Positions 13,401 through 21,335 of a stretch of 64,000 bases of DNA are shown in pieces (the first letter of the stretch is position 1; each line of letters starts with the position of its first letter). The notes beneath the pieces were generated by a model that was not told the DNA's origin, made no database searches, and saw only the letters and a list, made by a program, of their open reading frames with translations. The DNA comes from a virus. The DNA lies in the IMG/VR virus record IMGVR_UViG_3300036770_007034, positions 23,060 through 87,059 of that record; one strand, 5' to 3'. The translations under genes were made by a program, and so were the position numbers.

Positions 13401-16400
13401 GGAGATTTTGGTCGCGTGGCACAGCTCAATAATCCTGACAAACTAGCCGCATGGGATATCGTGTATCGCCAGACTCCTATAGTAGACGTGAATCTTATCA
13501 ATTCAGTGTTCATGTACGATAGGTTAGAAAGCAAGGTCACACAATATCTCGACTTCATTGATCCATTGGCTGGTAAGATACTAGGTGCCGCCCGTCAGAA
13601 TATAGATTATCTAGGAGCCATAGACCCTGCTGCCTATAACACAGGTCCTGTAAACAATTATGGCGATCAATGGGTAGAAACACATCTGGGAGAAATCTGG
13701 TGGGATCTGTCGACCTGCAGATTTATCGATTATCACCAGGATACTATCGCTTATCGCAGTCGTCGTTGGGGACAACTGTTCCCAGGATCTACTGCCGATG
13801 TGTATCAGTGGATAGAAAGTCCGGTGCCGCCAGCTCAGTATTCTGGCCCAGGCACACCATACAGCACGACCAGTTATTCAGTGTCTAGCAAACTCAACAA
13901 CGATGGTTTGTTCGCCACACGTTATTTCTTCTGGGTGAGAGGATTGAGAGATGTGGCCACACGTGCCAAAAAGACCCTGAGTGTGCAGGCTATTTCTCAA
14001 TACATTGAAAATCCTCGCAGCTCGGGTATACCTTACATGGCAGCTATAGCATCGGGCACTTTGGCTCTATATAACTCTCGTAATAACATCAGTGCTCAAG
14101 ACACTATCTTGCATGTGGAGTTTGATAAGATAGCCAACAGTGACAATGTACACATTGAGTACGATCTCATAGCTGCTGGTGAACCGAGCAGTTTCTTGAG
14201 TGGTGGGTTATATCGCAAGATGCTGGACAGTTTCTGCGGTGAAGACACCCTGGGCAACAAAGTACCAGATCCTAATCTTTCACCTGCGGATCTTTATGGC
14301 GTATATTTCCGTCCACGCCAGAGCTTCTTTGTAGATAGATTCCTGGCCCTCCAGAATTATCTCGAGCGTGCTAATGCTATCTTCGCTGCATTCCCGATCA
14401 GTGACAGCAGACCATTCAACCTGCTCAACAGTTCAGAACCCGAACCCACATCTGCATCTGGCGAATGGAACAAACGGGTGTTGACTTATACTGAACTGAC
14501 TTATCAGGATCTTGGTCAAGTTCCAGTGGGCTACCGATATCTAGTGGCATCAGATTCAACCAATGATGGTCTATGGACGATCTATACCGTGGTGCTAGGT
14601 AATGCTCTGTTAGGGTCGCCTAAAGAACTTTTATTGACCCGTGTTCAAAATTACGACACCCGCTTATACTGGGAGTATATCAATTGGGTACAGCCTGGTT
14701 ATAATGTAGGAACTAAGCCGGTAGCAGAAGTTTCTACTTTCAACGATTTACAGAGACTCACAGTGCCCGAAGGCGCCAGTGCCAAGGTCACACGCAATAG
14801 TTTTGGTAAGTTCGAGATCTATCAGTATCTCGGAGGCGAATGGCTTCGTGTAGTGCTCGAAGATGGCACGATCGCCATCAAAGAAGAGATATGGAATTAT
14901 GTTGTAGGAAGATTTGGTTTCGACATCGAGACCTTTGATAGCCAGAGATTTGACCAGTTTCCTGCTATAGAAACACGCCAAATCTTGCGTGCTATCAACG
15001 AAGAATTACTCACTGGAGAGTTAGAGATCTTCCGTAATGAACTCCTGATGCTGGTGTTTGAGTTTATATTGACCGAACAGCAAGCACCAGATTGGTTGTT
15101 CAAGACCAGCTTGATTGACGTAAATCACAAGATCCGAGATCTCTTGCCATATCAGATCTTCCGTCAAGACAATCAAGATTTTGTGTTAGACTATATCAAG
15201 GAAGTCAAACCTTATCACGTCAAGATCAAAGAATTCAATCTCAAGTACGAAGGTATCGACACCTATGACGGCAACGTCACAGACTTTGACTGCCCGGCAT
15301 ATTATGACACTGCACTACAGGCATTCGAGGCTCCTGCCCTTGATGATAGCGATCCACCAAAATATAGCAACAGCGAACCCAGCACAGATCCTATATGGTA
15401 TGAATTGCCTTGGAGTCAGTGGTTCCAGAATTACACCTTGCAGATCCAAGGAGCCGATGTATTAGAAGGTGGTGTGGGTTATACAGTAGCACCCGAAGTG
15501 TTGATTGGTGAGGCCTGGGCCGCCAACACAGCATTTACAGCAGGACAACAGATATATTTTGCCCGTAATCTTTACACAGTGACACAATCAGGTGTGAGTG
15601 GAGTCACTGGTCCTGTGTTTACCAGTGGCAGTGATGTCAATGGTACCATGACTATAGCCTATGCTGGTACTCGTGCGCTGGCCGTGAGCCGCGTAAACAC
15701 TGCTGGACAAGTGGTAGAAATCATCGTAATTGATTCAGGATCAGGATACATTACAACTCCATCACTTACCATCGTCGGCGGTAATGGCACTGGTGCTCGA
15801 GGCGTACCGGTACTTGGAAATGAGTTAGTAAGAAACATATTGACCACGATCAAATATGACCGTTACGAGTATGTGAGCCAGGTTGTTGATTGGCAACCTA
15901 ACACCAAATATCTCGAAGGACAGTTGGTTCGTTTCCGCGATCAAGTATATTCTGTCGACGAAGTGGATGACAGCACAGAGCTAGACAGTGGTCCTCAATT
16001 CAATCCTGCTGATTATACCTTGGTAGATGAGTCCACGCTGTCGGCAGCCGATCGTGTGATCGGACTTTACACTCCTGATCCCAACGAACCAGGGCGTGAG
16101 CTTGCTCTAGTAATCAACGGTATAGACTATCCTGGCGTGCAGGTGCAAGGTCCAGGATTCGATCAGAATACCGGATTTGACGTGGGCAACTACGATATCA
16201 ATCCGTTTGACAACATCGACTTTGGCCCAGAAGGCCTGCCTACATATGATGAAGGTATCCTGGATGCGATCTATCAGAGTTCATTTGATGACATCTATCT
16301 AGGCACACGCACCACAGATATCAATGTAGATGGTGGTGCTTTTGTGGATACCTATGAAAGCCACGCACCGGAAGAATTAGTGCCTGGTATAACCTACGAC

Positions 16401-18947
16401 ACATTGGATTTCCGTGTGTACACTCGTCCAGGATCTGATTGGTCAGGCGACGGGCATGGGTTCAACATCAAGCAAGTGAATCTGCTCTATACTACTGCGT
16501 CCAACTCTGTTTATTTTGGTGATTTGATGGCCCATGCAGTGGCCGTGAGATTGATAAATGTCACTAACTTGGTATCTCTGAATCCTGGGCAGTACGTGAT
16601 AGATTGGCCACGCCAACGTGCCACAGTGCTATCTGGTGCAGCCGACAATGATATCGTCGGGGTGATAGTGTATGGAGTAGGTGGCGGTAGCCAGCTGTTC
16701 AAGGAGAGCTATCCTGGCCAAACCGTGGGAGACGAGCTGGTCATACCTGTAGGTACCGCAGTAGATTGGGCCACTAACACCATATACTCACAAGGAACCT
16801 TGGTGCGATTCAATGGAAACGTATATCGTGCCAATATCACGGCTAACAGCGGATCTTCGTTCAATATTCTGCTATACACTATTGTAGACAGTGATAGTAT
16901 CATACAATCACTGCTGGTGTTGGTCAACGGCGAAATCATTACCAACTACACTTATCAGAGTTATAACGGCTGGCAAACCAAGATATTATTCGATGACACC
17001 TATGGACAGGATGACTGGGTAGTGGTCACAGCACTCGGAGCAACCACTCCGCAGAAGAGCTGGAGCTTCCCATTGACTCAGTACTTTACATTTGCCAATG
17101 ATAGCACGGATGTTTTCTTGCTAGATAACAGTCTCCAAGGTACCAACAACATAAATCTCATAGTAGAGAGAGATGGCCAGAGACTGCGGCCTCCTGAAAG
17201 CGTGGAATATTTTGGTGATGGTTCCAGCGCAGGCCCTTATTATCTGCCCACTCGCGGCGAGATCAATCAAGGTCTGATTTCAGACAATGATGTGATAGTG
17301 TTTGTGGATCAACAGCCGAAGATACTCAGTGTTGATTTCACTGTAAGTCCTTGGGATGGTAGCTCGGACCGCTATGTAGAATTCCAGACCGCTCCAGCGG
17401 CCGGTGCTCAGATCATCATAGCAGTGACCACTTCCGCGGACTACGCACTGAATGGTAATCAACTCACTCTGAGAGTAGGTGCAGCAGTGGGCGCCACAAT
17501 CGCTGTCACCACATGGAATGACACACAAGAACAAGGTCTTCTTACACAAGTATTTGTTGGACCAACACAGACTGGTGTAACTACCGGCCAACCCTATGAT
17601 ACTACAGATTTTGATGTGGGCGATATTACTGGCGATCCTGGTAGCTTTGACTATACTTCAGGAACAGTGATTTCTACCAACGACTTTGATACAGGCAGGA
17701 TCATACTAGACAGCGAAAGATTGTGGGTCACCTTGAACGGATGGAGATTGATTGCCGGTGAAGATTATACGGTAGAAGGATCAGTGGTGACTATCGGTGG
17801 CAGTATCATCGGTCCGGCCGATCGAGTGACTATAACATCTTTCACACAGACCGTGGTACCCGAAGCCATTGCTTTCCGTATATTCCAAGACATGCTAGGT
17901 ATACAGCGTATCTATCGTATCACTCCAGAAAACACCACCGTGCTCACACAGCCCTTGGAGCCCGGAGATGACATCATCTATGTCGAAGATTCGCGTATGC
18001 TGTCAGAACCAAATCCCGAAGGCAATATTTTCGGAGTGCTGACGATCAACGGCGAACGTATAACCTATCGCGAAAGAGATGACTGGAACAATACCGTATC
18101 TGGTCTGCGTCGTGGAGTAGCAGGCACAGCCATAGCATCACATGCTGTGGGTAGTGCTGTATATGATATCGGTCGTGGCGAAGCTTTGCCACAGAGATAT
18201 CAGCAGAACATTATCGCAGATGATTTTATTGGTGATGGCGCTACCAAAACTTTCAACGCAGAAATTGGATTCGTGAACGACATCACGGTATTCCTGGGTG
18301 GATCTATCCGTTGCTATCTTGGATTATCGCTGGGAACGCTAGAGGAAATTCCCCAAGAAGATTTCACGATCATCAGCGTGGATCCTATCACTGTACAGCT
18401 AAACTTTGTTCCGCCAGCCGGACGAGTTTTCCAGATCGTCTACACACCCACAGTGGGATCACCATCAGTACTCACAGTTCCGACCACAGGTGCTACAAGC
18501 CGTTGGACCGCTGCCTTCTCAGCCACAGATTTGGTGTTGCAATCAACTGATGTGTATGACGTGACAGATTTCAATCCTGTGACTGTGCAGTTTGATGATC
18601 TTATACCTCCCAAGCGTGTGGTAGTGATCAATGACTTGAACAGCGACACTTTCTTTATCACACAGGCTGACGTGGCCACTGATACCTTTGTGACGGACAT
18701 ATCTGTGACCAAACCTGTAAGAGTGAAAGTGGGTGGAACTTTATTGGCCGAAACCGCATATACAGTATCTTCGGTAAATCCGATTTCAGTGACCTTGGTA
18801 GATGCACCTCCTCTGGGAGTAGAAATACAGATATCTATCATACAGGCCCGGGTGTTTTATGCCCAGGGCATAGATACAGCCAGCGATGGACAGCCTTTGC
18901 AAGAGCAACAAACGCTGGCAGCATGGTTTATAGAAGGTAGGGTATGA
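4440..18947 (+). CDS. Giant multidomain virion (baseplate/tail-associated) protein with FG-GAP propeller and CBM-like repeats
   Basis: 4835-aa uninterrupted ORF after gp6; about 7 FG...GAP/GSP repeats, W-x-x-N-x-x-Y-x-x-G motifs and GDG-x-T-x-x-F repeats. Confidence 0.75.
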   Translation: MANQRIRTVDFLPEIFQTPTNRQFLSATLDQLVQNPKLKQTQGYIGRRVGPGVNPNDNYVLEPTRTRTDYQLEPGVVFLAPNTNNVVDAMTYPGLIDSIAVKGGNVQRQDRLFSSQYYSWDPFIDLDKFVNFSQYYWLPEGPDSVDVFSAAVPLRDDFVVSRTSTGYTFSGVTGTNPTLTLVREGNYTFDVRQTGFRFWIQSVPGVSGVLPQTPNQSSREVLGVTNNGDDNGVITFDVPAKSAQNFYYQLADAGQVDFATDIQFDDINNRYLSEFIEEYGGIDGVSDINGRTVIFLNDAGWFFTGLYDANGQPFDSVPYDETVEITLESQKYSVWRINLVYDDPLNPYIKLTVDRPVDNLSRLLVLYGNQYSNISFYKDASGTFERIPLITANLDVLYYQDATNPDFFGVIRLVDQAGDQTLDIDEIIGKKTYTSPNGVTFTNGLKVQFQGLTNPASYEGKEYYVEGVGTAIQLIPVSKMITPETYTRSATIPYDSLPYDEGGFDDTLNAPLDQDYMTINRASFGYNAWSRSNRWFHAQVIADTARYNGIDPFLDNDQRAKRPIIEFRPDLKLFNSGTLGIDPVNIIDFRATDALSDINGTIGYSVDGYSFIDGSRVIFAADRDPEVRNKIYQVNFITPTGSGTPIIDLQPANLETPDQLINEMVVVLSGITQQGKSYWFDGATWIEAQRKTDVNQPPLFDVFDENGVSYSNSTVYPATSFRGSKLFSYAIGDGVTDPIVEQPLKYLTINNVGDIIFDNNLNIDTFTYVEDTVSVTLDINDGVVRQYIDRVNFRKLLGWQTANTTVTSRQSFSFDYQGSEQLILDIPVDTTSTDIPVKVFVNAIFVDPTNYTYVVNSNGSTTITFVSPPAAGSKIEVSVVSEVASSTGFYSVPLNLENNAVNEDIIQLTLGTIRNHYGSICQNLQTFQGQINGQNNSRDLGNLIPYGSIILQQSSPLTMTASFINSQRFDFFHAIEFAAKEYTKYKNLIVDAVIKNDFQNMTAAEILDECIDTINLGKTELMPFYWTDTLPTGGAFDVTTYTVTPITTNVFDTLYTYDFTSANYRAILVYLNDVQLIGNGYEYTVATDGPRITINVPLSIGDVITLREYTSTFGNFVPSTPTVLGLYPSYVPAIFLDDTYVTDKLVIRGHDGSITVAYEDIRDEVLLEFEKRIFNNLKTQSNPVPLQYSDVAPGQFRTTEYTQSEVTSIMGVSFLAWVGANKLAYREQDYIPDNQFTWNYTASENKLTGTTLLGAWRGIYNYFYDTDAPNTRPWEMLGFSQKPTWWEDQYGPAPYTSGNLVLWDDLEAGRVMDPAGSYVIEKYKRPGLTSVIPSDSEGNLLPPFDVMVGEYDTGSFRKSWTVGDGGPVEASFWKSSYWPFAVQRLLALTKPAQYFSLFADRDLYRFNDEFGQYLYENRFRLRPENIQIYGNGTIKNSYINWIVDYNRQTGLDSTVDLKRELENLDVRLCYRMASFSDKQYLKLYTEKSSPNSLNTSLLLPDESYQLLLYKNPTQSALTWSSIIIQRSDRGWVVYGYSTVRPYFEILTSIPNGNFRTFTVNETTIRVANDYSNQVTRVPYGYEFSTVSGVVDFLLSYGKLMESQGITFQDIERNRVLNWDQMAYEFMYWSQQGWAPGSLININPVANTLRIERPGFVAEPLSTTAPEDILLNQNKNSLQSQDYVVERFENELVLRAVNNNTFSYLGAKFTQFEHMIVLDNTSVFNDLIYNPATGARQSRLLFVGYTTYEWNGTLDAQGFILNQDNIVQWVPNKAYSKGQIVLYKDSYWSAAKIIPPSETFDFNVWIKSDYDQIQKGLLPNAATNAENIRNFYDVHTANLERDADLFAFGLIGFRPRRYMQNLNLDDISQVNLYSQFLGIKGTTQAAEIFTRANLGKEVAEYEIFENWAIQRAIYGANANRSYFELRLNEALMLANPSTIQVIEPGEFSDADQTVQVNQIWKESYPITSSDILPTNFLNATDVLLPSAGYVNWDDADIKVFSFADLTPIINDIENIAVGTSVWVAKDNSYDWNIYRNNLVIYTIDSVRDNLNGTCTLTFAGQHGLTVNQKIVIKYFGLGVDGAYDVLSVPSLKTVTIALSLGGAATTITGTGVCFVLESMRVRQASDVSLLEYSNSLLPGNRAWVDDDGTGHWVVYEKINPFSTPAELIPEQPEANSRFGSAITQGFGNLGALIGAPGFDNDVGAVYAFTKGGTSTYVETVLLTMGANNFVNYGSAVASGGSQWGIAGAANSWAKQGYAVTINRNPDSGNYVQAQLLTEVPYRLYTANGDGSTVAFDPTGTLGAISDPELLGVVVGDTPQVYGTNWTYSAPNVIFSSVATPSGTEAAPPAGTDNVKIFYYDEYGHGLAVSQDERWIYVGAPAGNRVYAYNKVDVQTQVKNFVGDGATDEFYIADVIIVDDDSADGGIGAQQIGVTVNNLPKQAGVDYEYSNGSVIFTAPPNTDDTIRIIRLQSKTFFPTTAETVFAIEDLYTATNIYSFSVYVNDVLQRPNMDYTFNSGNKTITFVSGGVIGTVLVVSRTYFQYVDYFDMPSPALSTARFGHALSSTTDGRQALIGAPDATADSKLLAGQIYVIDRSVERFTVTDTSVTSYTTLRNFNGPATVKINATFLIPDNGFNNNGQFTDDGVNTVTIDVPLNIGDFIEIETNTFKLVQAVASNAPQAAANFGRALDQCPTNCSLYIGQPNDSSIVPQGGSAERWINQNRLYGIISGVNQNPTLTPGESIRINDVDVLVSTPTAWTSAIGWSANVFVIDGTAIYRSIRAVPVSTSIDDTSYWQPSSWVELYVGDITTANIPNVSATTSNGYITLSIANADAAIPFTQLVVLPGLGDTFYELGLEPMYYTQTITAPNPVAYAHFGASVDISDDSRTLVVGSPQGTAFKPTTFDNGITYFDSKATEFFDPLSESGVVFTYDLLSSANGSIRNPSKFVFGQQIYDEDLRSLDEFGTAVSYNNGILLIGSPQDDLGDSVGDFGRVAQLNNPDKLAAWDIVYRQTPIVDVNLINSVFMYDRLESKVTQYLDFIDPLAGKILGAARQNIDYLGAIDPAAYNTGPVNNYGDQWVETHLGEIWWDLSTCRFIDYHQDTIAYRSRRWGQLFPGSTADVYQWIESPVPPAQYSGPGTPYSTTSYSVSSKLNNDGLFATRYFFWVRGLRDVATRAKKTLSVQAISQYIENPRSSGIPYMAAIASGTLALYNSRNNISAQDTILHVEFDKIANSDNVHIEYDLIAAGEPSSFLSGGLYRKMLDSFCGEDTLGNKVPDPNLSPADLYGVYFRPRQSFFVDRFLALQNYLERANAIFAAFPISDSRPFNLLNSSEPEPTSASGEWNKRVLTYTELTYQDLGQVPVGYRYLVASDSTNDGLWTIYTVVLGNALLGSPKELLLTRVQNYDTRLYWEYINWVQPGYNVGTKPVAEVSTFNDLQRLTVPEGASAKVTRNSFGKFEIYQYLGGEWLRVVLEDGTIAIKEEIWNYVVGRFGFDIETFDSQRFDQFPAIETRQILRAINEELLTGELEIFRNELLMLVFEFILTEQQAPDWLFKTSLIDVNHKIRDLLPYQIFRQDNQDFVLDYIKEVKPYHVKIKEFNLKYEGIDTYDGNVTDFDCPAYYDTALQAFEAPALDDSDPPKYSNSEPSTDPIWYELPWSQWFQNYTLQIQGADVLEGGVGYTVAPEVLIGEAWAANTAFTAGQQIYFARNLYTVTQSGVSGVTGPVFTSGSDVNGTMTIAYAGTRALAVSRVNTAGQVVEIIVIDSGSGYITTPSLTIVGGNGTGARGVPVLGNELVRNILTTIKYDRYEYVSQVVDWQPNTKYLEGQLVRFRDQVYSVDEVDDSTELDSGPQFNPADYTLVDESTLSAADRVIGLYTPDPNEPGRELALVINGIDYPGVQVQGPGFDQNTGFDVGNYDINPFDNIDFGPEGLPTYDEGILDAIYQSSFDDIYLGTRTTDINVDGGAFVDTYESHAPEELVPGITYDTLDFRVYTRPGSDWSGDGHGFNIKQVNLLYTTASNSVYFGDLMAHAVAVRLINVTNLVSLNPGQYVIDWPRQRATVLSGAADNDIVGVIVYGVGGGSQLFKESYPGQTVGDELVIPVGTAVDWATNTIYSQGTLVRFNGNVYRANITANSGSSFNILLYTIVDSDSIIQSLLVLVNGEIITNYTYQSYNGWQTKILFDDTYGQDDWVVVTALGATTPQKSWSFPLTQYFTFANDSTDVFLLDNSLQGTNNINLIVERDGQRLRPPESVEYFGDGSSAGPYYLPTRGEINQGLISDNDVIVFVDQQPKILSVDFTVSPWDGSSDRYVEFQTAPAAGAQIIIAVTTSADYALNGNQLTLRVGAAVGATIAVTTWNDTQEQGLLTQVFVGPTQTGVTTGQPYDTTDFDVGDITGDPGSFDYTSGTVISTNDFDTGRIILDSERLWVTLNGWRLIAGEDYTVEGSVVTIGGSIIGPADRVTITSFTQTVVPEAIAFRIFQDMLGIQRIYRITPENTTVLTQPLEPGDDIIYVEDSRMLSEPNPEGNIFGVLTINGERITYRERDDWNNTVSGLRRGVAGTAIASHAVGSAVYDIGRGEALPQRYQQNIIADDFIGDGATKTFNAEIGFVNDITVFLGGSIRCYLGLSLGTLEEIPQEDFTIISVDPITVQLNFVPPAGRVFQIVYTPTVGSPSVLTVPTTGATSRWTAAFSATDLVLQSTDVYDVTDFNPVTVQFDDLIPPKRVVVINDLNSDTFFITQADVATDTFVTDISVTKPVRVKVGGTLLAETAYTVSSVNPISVTLVDAPPLGVEIQISIIQARVFYAQGIDTASDGQPLQEQQTLAAWFIEGRV

Positions 18948-18967
18948 AAGACAACATAAATATATCC

Positions 18968-19117
18968 ATGGACCAAAACATGGAAGAAAACAAGCAATCT
19001 CAACCTGCTGTGAGCCCGGAATCACGTCCCAACGAGCGAGGTAGTTTTGCTGTGATGGGCCATGTAAAGATATTTGACCCTAACACCAAAGAAACTATCG
19101 TGGAGACCCGAGCATGA
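18968..19117 (+). CDS. Small 49-aa protein (MDQNMEENKQ...GHVKIFDPNTKETIVETRA), not in the ORF track
   Basis: ATG 6 nt after CATAAATA; ATGA overlap with the next gene; shares VKIFDPNT with the next protein. Confidence 0.7.
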   Translation: MDQNMEENKQSQPAVSPESRPNERGSFAVMGHVKIFDPNTKETIVETRA

Positions 19118-19716
19118 TGCAGGTACCAGTAAAGATCGAAGGATTTGTAAAAATTTTCGATCCCAACACTCAAGAGATTTTTGTGGATAAAAAGAATGCT
19201 ATCCACTATGAAAATATCTCGGTAAGCATGGCCAACACCCTGGCCAACAAGACCATTGGACAGATCTATGTCATGGCATTTGGCAACGGTGGTAGCTCTG
19301 TGGATCCCACTGGCGTGATCACTTATCTTCCGCCCAACACCACTGGACAGAATGCGGATCTTTACAATCCTACTTACGCCAAGGTGGTAGATAATAATTC
19401 AGCAGCCAACACAGATCCCAGCAGAAACAACATGACCATCCTGCACACTACCGGTCGTGTTTATACAGATATCCTAGTGAGCTGTTTGCTAGACTACGGT
19501 GAACCTGCCGGACAACAGGCCTTTGACAACAGCACCAATTTCAATGGTGAATACGTTTTTGATGAGCTGGGCTTGAAAACTTGGAACGGTAGCCCTACAG
19601 ATCTACGGTTGATCACACATGTGATTTTCCACCCGGTACAGAAGAGTTTGAACCGACAGATCCAAATAGACTACACAATTCGCATACAGACCCTAACAAA
19701 TCTGAGTGCTACATAA
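19114..19716 (+). CDS. Probable baseplate/tail structural protein
   Basis: 200 aa in the structural module; FDELGL...THVIFHPVQKSLNR-type C-terminus resembles tail-collar/baseplate proteins. Confidence 0.55.
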   Translation: MMQVPVKIEGFVKIFDPNTQEIFVDKKNAIHYENISVSMANTLANKTIGQIYVMAFGNGGSSVDPTGVITYLPPNTTGQNADLYNPTYAKVVDNNSAANTDPSRNNMTILHTTGRVYTDILVSCLLDYGEPAGQQAFDNSTNFNGEYVFDELGLKTWNGSPTDLRLITHVIFHPVQKSLNRQIQIDYTIRIQTLTNLSAT

Positions 19717-19768
19717 ATATGAGTATATAAAGATATGGTAAATATCTCTAAAGCGGAGTGAGAACACA

Positions 19769-21202
19769 ATGGCATATACGATCAATCTAACTGACGGTAC
19801 GATTTTCGCGGTAATCGCGGATGGTACTATCAACACCGATTCCAGCATGACCCTGGTGGGTAAAAACTATGCGGGCTACGGTGAATTCCTTGATGAGAAC
19901 TTCATCAAACTGTTAGAAAACAGTTCCAATACCACAGCACCAGGTGCACCGTTAGTGGGCCAGCTCTGGTGGGACAAGACCAATAATCTAATGAAGGTGT
20001 ATACAGGTACAGCCTTCAAGGTAATATCAGCTGCCACAGCCAGCGCTTCTGCTCCTACCAATAATGTCACTGGCGATCTATGGTATGATACAACAAATGC
20101 TCAGCTCAAAGTTTGGAGCGGATCGGCATTCATCCTAGTAGGACCTGCGTTTACCGCTGGCACAGGTACTTCGGGCGCGATTGTTGATACTATCACGGAT
20201 AGCTCTCCTGGAGCAGACCATGTGGTAGTAAAGATCTTTGTAAACAATACCATCGTATCCATATTCTCCAAAGACGCTACATTCACTCCTGCCGCGGCCC
20301 TTTCAGGCTTTGCTACCATAGGACCTGGTCTCAACATGAGTACCACGGTTTCGGGCGCTGTGTTCAAAGGTACAGCCACAGATGCTGAACAACTTGATGG
20401 ACTTGATTCCACAGCATTTATGCGTACCAACACTAATACCTCAACCACCGGTACTATCAGTATCCTCAATGACACTGGTTTGTATGTGGGTGGTGATAGT
20501 GATGCTCGACTTTTTGTGACTGGCACAGATGTATATCTGCGCAATCAGACACAAGACGGCGACATCTATATCCAAGTAAACGATGGTGGTTCAACTACCA
20601 ATGCTATCACTATCGATGGCGCCACAACAAATGTCACACTGAATGCAGGATTGACAGTGGGAGGAAATATTTCTTCCACTGGTGGATCAGTAAACTTTGG
20701 TACCGCTGCAATCAGTCTTGGCAGCATTATCAACAACAATGCCAATGGTGTTGGTAATATCGGTAGTTCAACCACTTATTTCAACACTATATTTGCTAAA
20801 GCAACGTCGGCTGAATATGCTGACTTGGCAGAAAGATTTGAAGCAGATGCTGCATATCCTGCAGGCACTGTAGTGATCCTGGGCGGTGAGAAAGAAATCA
20901 CCGCCGCTATGGAAGATGCCACAGATGAAGTATTTGGTGTGATTTCTACTCGCGCAGCCTTTACTATGAATGGTGCTGCCGGTAGCGATGAAACCCATCC
21001 ACCAATCGCGATGACAGGCCGAGTTCCTGTGCGTGTGGTTGGTAAGGTACGCAAAGGTGAACGCCTGGTGTCAGCCGGCAACGGCCTGGCCCGTGCCGCT
21101 GCTCGCAATGAATGGACTGCTTATAATGTGATTGGTCGTGCATTGAAAGATAAAACGACCGAAGACGAAGGCACAGTAGAAGCCATCGTCACGATAAACT
21201 AA
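19769..21202 (+). CDS. Tail fibre-like protein with C-terminal chaperone-like (ADLAE...GTVV...GRVPV) domain
   Basis: N-terminal LVGKNYAGYGE...EN, two G-x-LW(W/Y)D repeats, DAEQLDGLDS motif, Thr/Gly-rich shaft, C-terminal YADLAERFEAD...MTGRVPVRV. Confidence 0.7.
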   Translation: MAYTINLTDGTIFAVIADGTINTDSSMTLVGKNYAGYGEFLDENFIKLLENSSNTTAPGAPLVGQLWWDKTNNLMKVYTGTAFKVISAATASASAPTNNVTGDLWYDTTNAQLKVWSGSAFILVGPAFTAGTGTSGAIVDTITDSSPGADHVVVKIFVNNTIVSIFSKDATFTPAAALSGFATIGPGLNMSTTVSGAVFKGTATDAEQLDGLDSTAFMRTNTNTSTTGTISILNDTGLYVGGDSDARLFVTGTDVYLRNQTQDGDIYIQVNDGGSTTNAITIDGATTNVTLNAGLTVGGNISSTGGSVNFGTAAISLGSIINNNANGVGNIGSSTTYFNTIFAKATSAEYADLAERFEADAAYPAGTVVILGGEKEITAAMEDATDEVFGVISTRAAFTMNGAAGSDETHPPIAMTGRVPVRVVGKVRKGERLVSAGNGLARAAARNEWTAYNVIGRALKDKTTEDEGTVEAIVTIN

Positions 21203-21221
21203 AAGGAATAATTGATACCCA

Positions 21222-21314
21222 GCTATAAAATCAGTAAATGACGCCTGCGGTAATCCGCTTTACTAACATAAGTAAATGTTAGAACGCCGTTTTTTATAGC
21301 GTTGATGAATCAAC
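21222..21314 (+). promoter_or_regulatory. Candidate structured cis-regulatory RNA, copy 1 (GACGCCT/TTTACTA/AACGCCG motif)
   Basis: Closing stem GCTATAAAA/TTTTATAGC encloses GCGG/CCGC and CTAACAT/ATGTTAG hairpins; followed by a GTTGAT/ATCAAC hairpin, AAGGGA and ATG; matches copy 2 at 55434-55513. Confidence 0.65.
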
Positions 21315-21335
21315 TAATTCAAAGGGATAGATGGA

